Shown here: positions 9,111 to 17,518 of the stretch, piece after piece
Numbering within the stretch: position 1 is the stretch's first letter
How the letters are laid out: every line of letters begins with the position of its first letter
NCBI GenBank assembly: GCA_019750465.1
Contig: JAIEOP010000050.1
Coordinates: forward strand, 2,529 to 66,528
Reading direction: 5' to 3'
Origin: Acetobacteraceae bacterium
GTDB lineage: Bacteria > Pseudomonadota > Alphaproteobacteria > Acetobacterales > Acetobacteraceae
Length of the DNA: 64,000 nt
Program-made: the position numbers and the translations under genes
The notes under the pieces: model-generated
What the model was told of the DNA's origin: nothing
The model's database searches: none
What the model saw: only the letters and a program-made list of their open reading frames with translations

Positions 9111-10790
9111 GGATCACCTATGCCCGGATCCGCGGATGGCGTTCCATAAAGGATATCCAGCTTCGACCTGGCCGGGTAACGGCCTTGGTCGGCTCGAACA
9201 ACGCTGGCAAGACGAGCATCCTGAGCGCGCTCAACTTCCTCCTTGGCGACCGCTACCCCCAGGCGCAGGCTCTGGAGGACAAAGACTTCTTTGGAAAGCG
9301 GCGGGACGAGGGCGTGGAAATCGCTGTCGAGTTCGAGCCCGGCCATGACCTCCGATCGTTAACGTTCAACTCTTCAGCGACCTACCCGGCCCGGGACCTC
9401 ACGGCGCGCTGGCGGAACGGTGGGAGTTCCGGGATCACCAACGATAGCCGACGCGCGGCGGGTCTAGTCTACCTCGACGCAGCGCGCAGTTTCGACGGCC
9501 AATTCGGCGCTTCGCGTTGGAGCCTATTCGGGCAGATCGTTCGGCAGCTTAACGAGAACTTCCGCCAGACCGTGCCCGAGCAGACACTGGTCGAGATTCA
9601 GGGTCACCTGGAGCGAGCACAGGAGCTACTCAAGACAGATCTCTACAAGGCGTTCGTTGCTGCCGTCTCGGCCGCCTTCCAGGAACAGGTTAGGCTCGCG
9701 GGACACGCGGTTGAGTTCGATTTCCGCACTTTCGACCCGCTCAACTTCTACCGGGCAATGTACCCGACGCTGGTGGAGGACGGAGAGGGCAAGAACCCCT
9801 CAGAGGCCGGCTCAGGCATGCGGAACCTGATCGTCATGGCGCTCTTCCGAGCCTACGCCAAGACGTTCAGGAGCGACTCCATCATCGCCATCGAGGAGCC
9901 CGAACTTTACCTCCACCCCCATGGCCAGCGCAGCTTGGCGGCGCTGTTCACGGAGCTCGCCGCAGCCGGTTCTCAGAATCTTCTATTCGACCCATAGCGC
10001 ATCCTTCGTGTGGGCGGAGCGCTTCGACGAGATCGTCCTCGTGGAGCGGAGGCCAGACGACGACGGCGATGTTGCGACGCAGGTGCGGTGGCTGTCCGAG
10101 GACGATATGGTCGCGCGCAGGCGATCGCTTCATCCCGGCGTAGCACTCACAGGCGCCAGCGTCCGAGACCGGCTGGCTTTCGCCTGCGGCGTCGAGCAGG
10201 CCGAGGCGTTCTTCTCCAAGGCAGTGGTGTTAGTCGAGGGCGACACCGAGGCGGCCGCCCTTCCTGTCTTCGGTGAAGCACTCGGTTTTCCCCTCGACGC
10301 GCATGGCGTGTCCGTCGTCGAGGCGTCGGGCAAGTCCGGCCTGGACACGCTGCACGATCTCTACGGGGGCTTCGGCACCCCGATCTTCATCATCTTCGAC
10401 AACGACGAGGGGACTCGCGACCGCGGTTTGCTCGACGCAAACCGCACGCTGACGCGCCTCCTTGGGCTACTCGAAACAGAGATGCCAGCGGCCGCTGTTG
10501 GCGAGCGCTACGCAATACTGGCCCCCGACTTCGAGAAGACGCTGCGGCGCGAGCTAGACGCGTTCGAAGCGGGCCTCTACGACCGGCTAGAGGCCGAAGC
10601 TCGGCGAGCCTACGGCGGTGCGCGAAAGCCATCTATCGCACGGCATCTGGCCAAGCGGCTTGTCGAAGAGGGCCGCATCGCTCCAACGATCGTGCGAATT
10701 ATTTCGGCAGTCGCGAAAATGTCGGGCGTAGAGGCGAAAGAACCTAATCGCGCCGTGGCGCCCGAAATTTCAGATGAGATACCATTCTAA
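9107..10790 (+). pseudogene. OLD-family ATP-dependent nuclease (ABC-type ATPase plus Toprim), split by a 1-nt frameshift near 9977
   Basis: ORF 9107..9997 carries Walker A 'GSNNAGKTSIL' and the Walker B/D-loop region 'IIAIEEPELYLHPHGQRSL'. ORF 9921..10790, in the +1 frame, continues with 'IFYSTHSASFV' and Toprim motifs 'VVLVEGDTEAAALP' and 'IFIIFDNDEG'. Removing base 9977 joins '...AAAGSQ' to 'IFYSTHS...' into one protein of about 560 aa. The GTG start at 9107 overlaps the mod stop (GTGA). Confidence 0.75.
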
Positions 10791-10950
10791 GCTTTGGTCT
10801 CATCGATTCCGGGGCGCCAATTCCTCGGCAATGATGATGTCGGGGGTCACAGGAGATTCTCCCTTCTCCGGTACCCTTTGCCGAGCGGTAGATTTGCTGA
10901 AAAGCCCCAAGCTTGGTGCCGACCATACGGTGGAAAAACAAAAGGATACA

Positions 10951-10981
10951 GCTTGGGGGTCAAATCACGCCACCCCCAAGC
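10951..10981. other. perfect 10-bp stem hairpin GCTTGGGGGT-(11 nt)-ACCCCCAAGC in the island junction
   Basis: Read directly. On the minus strand a TTTTGTTTTT tract lies 8 nt after the stem, which is non-canonical spacing for a terminator. A third CCCCAAGCTT copy is nearby, within the palindrome CCAAGCTTGG around 10906-10918. Confidence 0.5.
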
Positions 10982-11332
10982 TTCGGAGACTTTAGGGCGC
11001 TCGGAGAGCGATTTCCGGGCTCGTTGCGTTCTCCACCCCTCAAGCCGTGACGGAAAATCCCCAGGAAACCTGCGGTTCAGGGCTCAACCCGGGAAAGGAA
11101 GTGTGAGGTTGGAAGACCGACTGGAGCAGCGGTGGGAACCGGGGTCCAACCTTCTCTGGGCCGCAAGCCGGCGCGGCTGTTTTGGTGCTCGGCGAAGCCT
11201 CGTAGGCGAAAGCGCAGGTCTGTTCCCCGGTAGTGAAGAGCTGGTATCAATCCGGGCATCTCGACGCCTTTTCGGTACAAAGCGAAGCCGCGGGGAGATC
11301 GGTTGGAGGCGCCGTACGCCAGGGAGGGCTTC

Positions 11333-12283
11333 ATGCCGCTTCATACCGTTGTCGAGGCGATGCTGACGCAACTTCGTCAGCTCGGGCGCCCACCAATTTC
11401 GGCCGGTACGGCGGACGAAGGGCGCGCCTTGATGGCGGCCGCGCGTGCCGCTTACGGCGCGGGGCCGGAGATCGGCCGCGTGCAGCAGCTTTGCATCCCG
11501 ACCCGCGCAGGAAGCCTGCCGGTACGGCTCCTGCAGCCGACGTCGCCACCGATCGGGCTGGTCGTCTATCTCCATGGCGGTGGATGGGCGCTCGGTGCGC
11601 TCGACGATTTCGATCACGTGGCGCGTGCCTTGGTCGCGCGCAGCGGATGCGCCGTGCTGATGCCTGACTACCGGCTCGCGCCCGAGCACCCGTTTCCGGC
11701 CGGGCTCGAGGATGCGGAGGATGCGACGCGCTGGGCAGCAACCGCCACGGCGGAACTCGGCAGCGCGTCGCTGCCGCTGGTGCTGGCCGGCGACAGCGCG
11801 GGGGCGAACCTGGCGGCCGTGACGGCGCGGACGTTGCGGGGCGAGGTGCGCCCGGTGCTGCAAGCGCTCATCTATCCTGTCGCGGACTGCGACTTTGGAA
11901 GTGCGTCCTACGCCGCCTATGGCGAGGGCCTGATCCTGCTGAAGCGTGACATGCAGTGGTTCTTCGATCTTTACGCGCCGGCCGCCCTGCATGCCGATCC
12001 GCGCATCTCGCCGCTGCGCGCGGCCGACCTGTCCGGCCTGCCGCCGGCCCATGTCGTCACGGCTGAATACGACGTGCTGCGGGACGAGGGCGAAGCCTAT
12101 GCCCAGCGGCTGCGGGAGGCCGGCGTGCCGACCGAACTTCGGCGGATCGCCGGCCTGCCGCATGGCTTCGCGCGCATGATCAACCTGGTGGACACGGCGG
12201 ATGCCGCCCTGACGGAGGTCGCTGACGCCATCGCCGCGGCATGCCGGTCCGCGGCGGCTCAGCGCATGTCGAACCCCGAATAG
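11333..12283 (+). CDS. alpha/beta-hydrolase esterase/lipase, HSL-like (family IV)
   Basis: Oxyanion motif 'YLHGGGWALG' and nucleophile motif 'GDSAGANLAA'. ATG at residue 11 of ORF 11303..12283. Confidence 0.8.
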   Translation: MPLHTVVEAMLTQLRQLGRPPISAGTADEGRALMAAARAAYGAGPEIGRVQQLCIPTRAGSLPVRLLQPTSPPIGLVVYLHGGGWALGALDDFDHVARALVARSGCAVLMPDYRLAPEHPFPAGLEDAEDATRWAATATAELGSASLPLVLAGDSAGANLAAVTARTLRGEVRPVLQALIYPVADCDFGSASYAAYGEGLILLKRDMQWFFDLYAPAALHADPRISPLRAADLSGLPPAHVVTAEYDVLRDEGEAYAQRLREAGVPTELRRIAGLPHGFARMINLVDTADAALTEVADAIAAACRSAAAQRMSNPE

Positions 12284-13884
12284 CCGGCGCGGACGATCTC
12301 GTCGCAAATCCCGGTGTATTTGGCGAAGCCGCCGACATAGGGCAGGAAGACGCGCGGCTTGCCCGGGATATTGGCGCCCATGTACCAGGAATTCGCGCGC
12401 GGGAAGAGCGTGCCGGCCGCGACCTCCGCGACCTCCGCCACCCAGCCGGCCTCCGCCTCCGCCGTCGGCTCGATCCGGGACAGGCCCTTCTCCGCCATGT
12501 GAGCCAGGCAGTTGGCGATCCACTCGACGTGGTGCTCGATGGAGACGACGACATTCGTCAGGATCGAGGGGCTGCCGGGCCCCGTGATGGTGAAGAGGTT
12601 GGGGAAGCCCGCCACCATCAGACCGAGATAGCTGGTCGGCCCGTGAGCCCACTGGTCCTGGATACGGATGCTGTCGCGCCCGACGAGATCGATGCGCATC
12701 AGCGCGCCGGTCACCGCGTCGTAGCCGGTCGCAAAGACGATGCTGTCAAGCGCGTAGTCCCGCGCGCGCGTGCGGATGCCCGTGGGGGTGACCGCCTCGA
12801 TCGGCTCCTCCCGCACATCGACCAGCGACACGTTCGGACGGTTGAAGGTGACGTAGTAGTTCGTGTCGACGCAGATGCGCTTGGTGCCGATCGGGTGATC
12901 GGTCGGCATCAGCTTCGCCGCGACGGCGGGGTCGCGCACCAGGGCGCGGATCCTGTTGCGCACGAACTCCGCCGCCTGGTCGTTCGACTCGATGTTGACG
13001 AAGAGGTCGTTGAAGGCATGTGTGAAGTTGGCGCCGCCGCGTGCCCAGCGGCGCTCGAACTCCGCCTGGCGCTCGGCCTCGTCGACCTCGAGGGCGCCAC
13101 GCGTGCTGTATTCGTAGAGGATGCCAGACCGCGTGGCGCGCGCCTTTGCCCGCATCTCGGCGTAGCGCTCCTTCCAGCCGCGCTGCTGGTCGGGATCGAG
13201 CGGGCGGTTCCAGGCGGGGATCGTGAAGTTCGGCGTGCGCTGGAAGACCACCACCTCCGCCGCCTCCTCGGCCACGGCCGGGATGGTCTGGATGCCCGAT
13301 GAGCCGGTGCCGATCACGCCGACGCGCTGGCCGGTGAAGTCCACCTTCTCATGCGGCCAGGCGCCGGTGTGGTACCAGCGGCCGCGGAAGCTCTCGAGCC
13401 CCGCGATCTCCGGTTTCCGCGCGGCGGAGAGCGCACCGGTCGCCATGATGAGGAAGCGCGCCGACACGCGGTCGCCACGATCCGTCTCGACGAGCCATCG
13501 TCCGGCCGCGTCCTCCCAGCGCGCGGCGGTGACGCGCGTGTCGAGGGCGATGTCGCGCATCAGGTCGAAGCGGTGCGCGACGTGCTCGAGGTAGCGCAGG
13601 ATCTCCGCCTGGGACGGGTAGCGTTCGCTCCATTCCCATTCCTGCTGCAGCGCCTCATCGAAGGAGAAGGAGTACTGCAGGCTCTCGACGTCGCATCGCG
13701 CGCCGGGATAGCGGTTCCAGTACCATGTCCCGCCGACACCGCTGCCCGCCTCGAAGCCCTGTGCCGAGAGGCCGAGGCCACGCAGGCGATGGAGCATGTA
13801 GAGGCCGGCGAAGCCCGCCCCCACGACCACCGCATCGACATCCCGTGCGTCGCCCGTCCGCGATCGCTGCGCCATTTCGCTCAA
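12259..13884 (-). CDS. Baeyer-Villiger monooxygenase (class B flavoprotein monooxygenase)
   Basis: FAD site 'VVVGAGFAGL', then 'GGTWYWNRYPGARCD', the BVMO fingerprint 'FRGRWYHTGAWP' and the NADP site 'GVIGTGSSG'. Its 3' end overlaps the convergent esterase gene by 25 nt. Confidence 0.85.
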   Translation of the reverse strand: MSEMAQRSRTGDARDVDAVVVGAGFAGLYMLHRLRGLGLSAQGFEAGSGVGGTWYWNRYPGARCDVESLQYSFSFDEALQQEWEWSERYPSQAEILRYLEHVAHRFDLMRDIALDTRVTAARWEDAAGRWLVETDRGDRVSARFLIMATGALSAARKPEIAGLESFRGRWYHTGAWPHEKVDFTGQRVGVIGTGSSGIQTIPAVAEEAAEVVVFQRTPNFTIPAWNRPLDPDQQRGWKERYAEMRAKARATRSGILYEYSTRGALEVDEAERQAEFERRWARGGANFTHAFNDLFVNIESNDQAAEFVRNRIRALVRDPAVAAKLMPTDHPIGTKRICVDTNYYVTFNRPNVSLVDVREEPIEAVTPTGIRTRARDYALDSIVFATGYDAVTGALMRIDLVGRDSIRIQDQWAHGPTSYLGLMVAGFPNLFTITGPGSPSILTNVVVSIEHHVEWIANCLAHMAEKGLSRIEPTAEAEAGWVAEVAEVAAGTLFPRANSWYMGANIPGKPRVFLPYVGGFAKYTGICDEIVRAGYSGFDMR

Positions 13885-13942
13885 AGTTCCTCCCGAGGCC
13901 GCATCGCCTGATTGGCCGGGCTGTCGTGCAACCCGAAGCCGC

Positions 13943-13980
13943 TTGACCTGCCGAACAGGACTGCATCATACTGGTGGGTA
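13943..13980 (+). promoter_or_regulatory. candidate promoter (TTGACC -35, CATACT -10) with box TACTGGTGGGTA (13969-13980)
   Basis: Lies in the divergent BVMO / ABC-permease intergenic region. One of six copies of the TACTnnTG(G/A)GTA-type box found at promoters of the island. Confidence 0.45.
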
Positions 13981-14100
13981 TCACCGCTTGTCCATCAGCT
14001 TCTGGCTGCTGGCGGCCAACATCGCTTCAGGTCAGCGTCGCTCCAGGGAGGAACAGGACGTGTCGCAGCGGTCCGCCGGACATCGCCCGAAGGACATCCT

Positions 14101-14970
14101 GTGTTCGATCTGATCATCGCGCAGGCCGCAAACGGGCTTGTTCTCGGCTTCGTGTTCGTGTTGATCGCCGTCGGCCTGTCCGTCATCTTCGGCCTGCTCG
14201 GCATCGTCAACTTCGCGCATGGTGCCTTCTTCGCGCTCGGCGCCTACTTCGCGGTGACACTGCATGCGCAGTTCGGCTGGCCTGCCGTGGTCCTGGCGCC
14301 GATCGGCGTCGGCCTGGTAGGTGCCCTGGTCGAGGTGACGTTGATCCGCCGCCTCTATGGGCGGGAACCGCTGACGGTCATCGTCCTCACCTTCGCCCTC
14401 GCGCTGTTCATCGAGGCGGTCATACGACTGGTCTGGGGCAGCGGCAGCCATCCCTTCGCGGTGCCTCCCTTCCTGCGCGGCATCGTGGAGTTCGGCCCGG
14501 TGCTGATCACGCAGTACCGCGCCGCCGTGGTGGTGGTGACGGTCGCGCTGCTGGTGTTGCTCGGGATGTTCCTGGGCTTCACGCCCTATGGGCGCATCCT
14601 GCGCGCCGGCTCGCGTGACCCGGAGATGGTCGGGCTGCTCGGCATCAACTTCCCCCGCGTGCTGACCTGGGCGTTCGGACTAGGCTGCCTGCTGGCGGGG
14701 ACGGCGGGCGTGCTGGCGGCGCCGCTCTGGAGCGTGACGCCTTCCATGGCGGCGGGTGCGATCATGCCGGCCTTCGTCGTTGTCACCATCGGTGGCCTCG
14801 GCTCCTATCCCGGCGCGATCGTGGCGGGGCTGCTGGTCGGCGTCGTGACCGGTCTTGCCGCGCAGTTCTGGCCGGAAGCCTCCTCGGCGGCGATGTACAT
14901 GCTGATGGTGCTGGTGCTGCTGCTGCGTCCACGCGGCCTGCTCGGCGAGCGGTGGGAGCGCTTCGAGTGA
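14101..14970 (+). CDS. branched-chain amino acid (HAAT family) ABC transporter permease, LivH-like
   Basis: GTG at 14101 gives 'VFDLIIAQAANGLVLGFVFVLIAVGLSVIFG', the usual LivH-type N-terminus. The protein is polytopic and hydrophobic. Confidence 0.85.
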   Translation: MFDLIIAQAANGLVLGFVFVLIAVGLSVIFGLLGIVNFAHGAFFALGAYFAVTLHAQFGWPAVVLAPIGVGLVGALVEVTLIRRLYGREPLTVIVLTFALALFIEAVIRLVWGSGSHPFAVPPFLRGIVEFGPVLITQYRAAVVVVTVALLVLLGMFLGFTPYGRILRAGSRDPEMVGLLGINFPRVLTWAFGLGCLLAGTAGVLAAPLWSVTPSMAAGAIMPAFVVVTIGGLGSYPGAIVAGLLVGVVTGLAAQFWPEASSAAMYMLMVLVLLLRPRGLLGERWERFE

Positions 14971-17486
14971 GGCGCGCCATCCGAAGTCCCGTCCTCTGGA
15001 CCGCGATCGTGTTCGCGGCGATGACCACCGCCGCCCTTGTCCTTGGTGCGCCGGTGGGGCGCATCACGCAAATCGCCATCTACGTGCTCTACGGCGCGGG
15101 CGTGAACCTGCTGATCGCCTATACGGGCCTGGTCCCCTTCGGCGCATCGGTCTTCTTCGGCTGCGGCACCTATGCCGCCGCGTTGTTCATGCTCCATGTC
15201 GCAGGCAACGAGCTTGCGGGGCTTGTCTTCGCGCTGGTCTGGTCGGTGGTCAGCGGCGCGCTGCTCGGGCTCGTCGTGCTGCGGCGGCGTGGCCTCTACT
15301 TCTCGCTCCTCACGCTCGCCGCCTCGCAGATCGCCTTCGAGGTCGTGTTCCGCTGGACATCCTTCACCGGCGGCGAGAACGGGCTGCAGAATGTGCCCCG
15401 GCCGCTGTTCCCGACTGCGATCTCCTTCCATCTTTTCACGCTCGCCGTGCTGCTGGCGTCGCTCTGGGCGATCTGGCGGATGGTCCATTCGCCCTACGGC
15501 CGCGCGCTGCAGGCGATCCGGGACAACGAGCAGCGCATGTCGAGCCTCGGCTACGACACATGGCGCCTGAAGCTCGGCGCCTTCACGCTCTCGGGCGCCT
15601 TCGTCGGCGTGGCGGGCGGGCTGCTCGCGCAGCTTCTGCAGGGCGCCTACGCGAACAACCTGAGCTGGCAGCATGCCGGCGACGCGCTGCTGATGGTAGT
15701 CCTGGGCGGCGTGCACCATTCGCTCGGCGCGTTGTGGGGCGCATCGGTCTTCATCCTGCTCGAGGATTTCCTGAGCGCGCGACTGGAGAACTGGTGGCTG
15801 GTCTTCGCACCGGCCATCATCGTCTTCGCACTGGTCGCGCCGGAGGGGCTGCACGGCCTGTTCCGCCGCGGCTTCGGCCGCTCCGGCTGGACGCTGGTGC
15901 GCCGGGACATTCCCGCACGTCCCGCCGCGATCCGCCCCTTTGCCGCCGGCGACGGGCAGGGGCTCGGCGAGGACCCGGTGCTGACGGTGCGCGGCCTGAG
16001 CAAGGCGTTCGGATCGCTCAGCGTGGCGCAGCAGCTCGATTTCGAGGTTGCTCCGCGCCGCCTGCACAGCATCATCGGGCCGAACGGCGCGGGGAAGACG
16101 ACGCTGTTCAACATGCTGACCGGCATCCTGCAGCCGGATGCCGGCGAGATCCGCTTCTTGGGCATGGACATCACGCGGATGCCGGTGCATCGGCGCGTCC
16201 AGCTCGGCCTCGGCCGGTCCTTCCAGATCGTCAGCGTCTTCCCGAACCTCTCCGTCTTCGAGAATGTCCGCATCGCCGTCCAGGCGCGAAACCCGCAGCG
16301 CCACGCGATCTGGCGCGATGCGCACGGGATCCCGGCGGTGAATGAGCGGACCTGGTCGCTGCTGGCGGCGGTCGGCCTCGACCACCGCGCCGAAGCGGGC
16401 TGCGCGAACCTGGCGCATGGCGAGCGCCGCCTGCTCGACATCGCGGTCACGCTGGCGACCGACGCGCAGCTGCTCCTTCTTGACGAACCTCTGGCAGGCC
16501 TCGGGGAGGCCGATCGCATCACCGTCTCGCGGCTGATCCGCAAGCTGGCGGACAGCCATGCCGTGCTGCTGATCGAGCACGATCTGGACCGCGTCGTCGC
16601 GCTGTCCGACCGGATCACCGTGCTGCACCAGGGACGCCTGATCGCCGATGGCGAGCCGGCGGAGATCGTGCGGGAACCGGCCGTCGTCGCCGCTTATCTC
16701 GGCACGGCGGGCACGTCCATGCCGGCACCCGCGCCAAGGCCGCTTGCCGCGCCGGCGATCGCCGCCGCTTCCGGGCCGCTGCTGCGCGTCGAGGGGCTCG
16801 TCGCCGGGTATGGCGGCAGCAAGGTGCTCGACTCCGTGGACCTGACGGTCGAGCCGGGCGAGGCGGTCGCCGTGCTCGGGCGCAACGGCGTGGGCAAGAC
16901 GACCCTGCTGCGCTCCCTGACGGGCACGATCCCGGTCACGGCCGGCGACGTCGTCTTCGACGGCGCGTCGATCGCGGGCCAGCGGCCGTTCGTGATCAAC
17001 CGTCGCGGCGTCGCCTTGGTGCCGGAGGGACGGCGGCTGTTTCCCAACCTCACCGTCGTCGAGAACCTGCGCATCGCCGCGCGCCCGGGCGGCGCGACGC
17101 TCGACGAGGTCTACGACCTGTTTCCGCGGCTGAAGGAGCGCGCGCGCCAGCGAGCCGAGAGCCTCTCGGGCGGCGAGCGGCAGATGTGCGCGGTGGCGCG
17201 CGCCCTCATGGCGCCGAGCCGGCTCGTGCTGCTCGACGAGCCGTTCGAGGGCCTGGCCCCGGCGGTGGTCGCGGAGCTCTCGGCGGCCGTGGCGCGCCTG
17301 CGTGGGGAGCGCGCGGTTGTGCTCGTCGAGCACCAGGCGGAAAAGCTTCTGCCCCTCGTGGATCGGGCCTACGTCCTGGTCAATGGCCGCGTCGCCTTCG
17401 CCGGCAGCAGCGCATCGCTTGCGGCCGACCACGCGCTGCAGGCTCGCCTGCTCGGGATGGTGGAAGCGGACGCCGCGCCGGCCTGA
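14967..17486 (+). CDS. triple-fusion ABC protein: LivM-like permease plus LivG-like ATPase plus LivF-like ATPase
   Basis: One uninterrupted ORF. The first 330 aa or so are hydrophobic. Two full ATPase cassettes follow, with Walker A 'GPNGAGKTTLFNMLTG' and 'GRNGVGKTTLLRSLTG' and signatures 'LAHGERRLLDIA' and 'LSGGERQMCAVA'. GTG at 14967 overlaps the upstream stop. Confidence 0.8.
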   Translation: MRRAIRSPVLWTAIVFAAMTTAALVLGAPVGRITQIAIYVLYGAGVNLLIAYTGLVPFGASVFFGCGTYAAALFMLHVAGNELAGLVFALVWSVVSGALLGLVVLRRRGLYFSLLTLAASQIAFEVVFRWTSFTGGENGLQNVPRPLFPTAISFHLFTLAVLLASLWAIWRMVHSPYGRALQAIRDNEQRMSSLGYDTWRLKLGAFTLSGAFVGVAGGLLAQLLQGAYANNLSWQHAGDALLMVVLGGVHHSLGALWGASVFILLEDFLSARLENWWLVFAPAIIVFALVAPEGLHGLFRRGFGRSGWTLVRRDIPARPAAIRPFAAGDGQGLGEDPVLTVRGLSKAFGSLSVAQQLDFEVAPRRLHSIIGPNGAGKTTLFNMLTGILQPDAGEIRFLGMDITRMPVHRRVQLGLGRSFQIVSVFPNLSVFENVRIAVQARNPQRHAIWRDAHGIPAVNERTWSLLAAVGLDHRAEAGCANLAHGERRLLDIAVTLATDAQLLLLDEPLAGLGEADRITVSRLIRKLADSHAVLLIEHDLDRVVALSDRITVLHQGRLIADGEPAEIVREPAVVAAYLGTAGTSMPAPAPRPLAAPAIAAASGPLLRVEGLVAGYGGSKVLDSVDLTVEPGEAVAVLGRNGVGKTTLLRSLTGTIPVTAGDVVFDGASIAGQRPFVINRRGVALVPEGRRLFPNLTVVENLRIAARPGGATLDEVYDLFPRLKERARQRAESLSGGERQMCAVARALMAPSRLVLLDEPFEGLAPAVVAELSAAVARLRGERAVVLVEHQAEKLLPLVDRAYVLVNGRVAFAGSSASLAADHALQARLLGMVEADAAPA

Positions 17487-17518
17487 TGCAACACGCAACG
17501 AGACAAGGAGGAACCCAG

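Larger units (their letters stand above)
682..10790 (+). mobile_element. putative integrative island: serine-recombinase module plus Type III RM / OLD cargo (boundaries uncertain)
   Basis: Eight co-directional genes with gaps of 25 nt or less, or with overlapping stop/start codons. The block ends at a lower-GC non-coding stretch (10791-11302). Confidence 0.4.

Noticed and set aside
9107-9997. Treating 9107..9997 and 9921..10790 as two separate genes (an ATPase and a Toprim protein).
   Set aside because: The second ORF has no plausible independent start. Its first 19 residues read as out-of-frame noise, and the conserved ABC-ATPase motif 'IFYSTHS' continues directly from the first ORF after removal of one base. 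A single disrupted OLD-family gene is the simpler reading.
10794-11366. 190-aa plus-strand ORF and 85-aa minus-strand ORF (11077..11334) in the junction region. I also made a by-eye search there for a tRNA, tmRNA fragment or cobalamin-type riboswitch.
   Set aside because: The ORFs have odd composition, no ribosome-binding site and cross a compositional break. I found no T-loop (GGTTCGAATCC-like) or B12-box (GCCACTG) sequence. A covariance-model scan would be needed to be certain.
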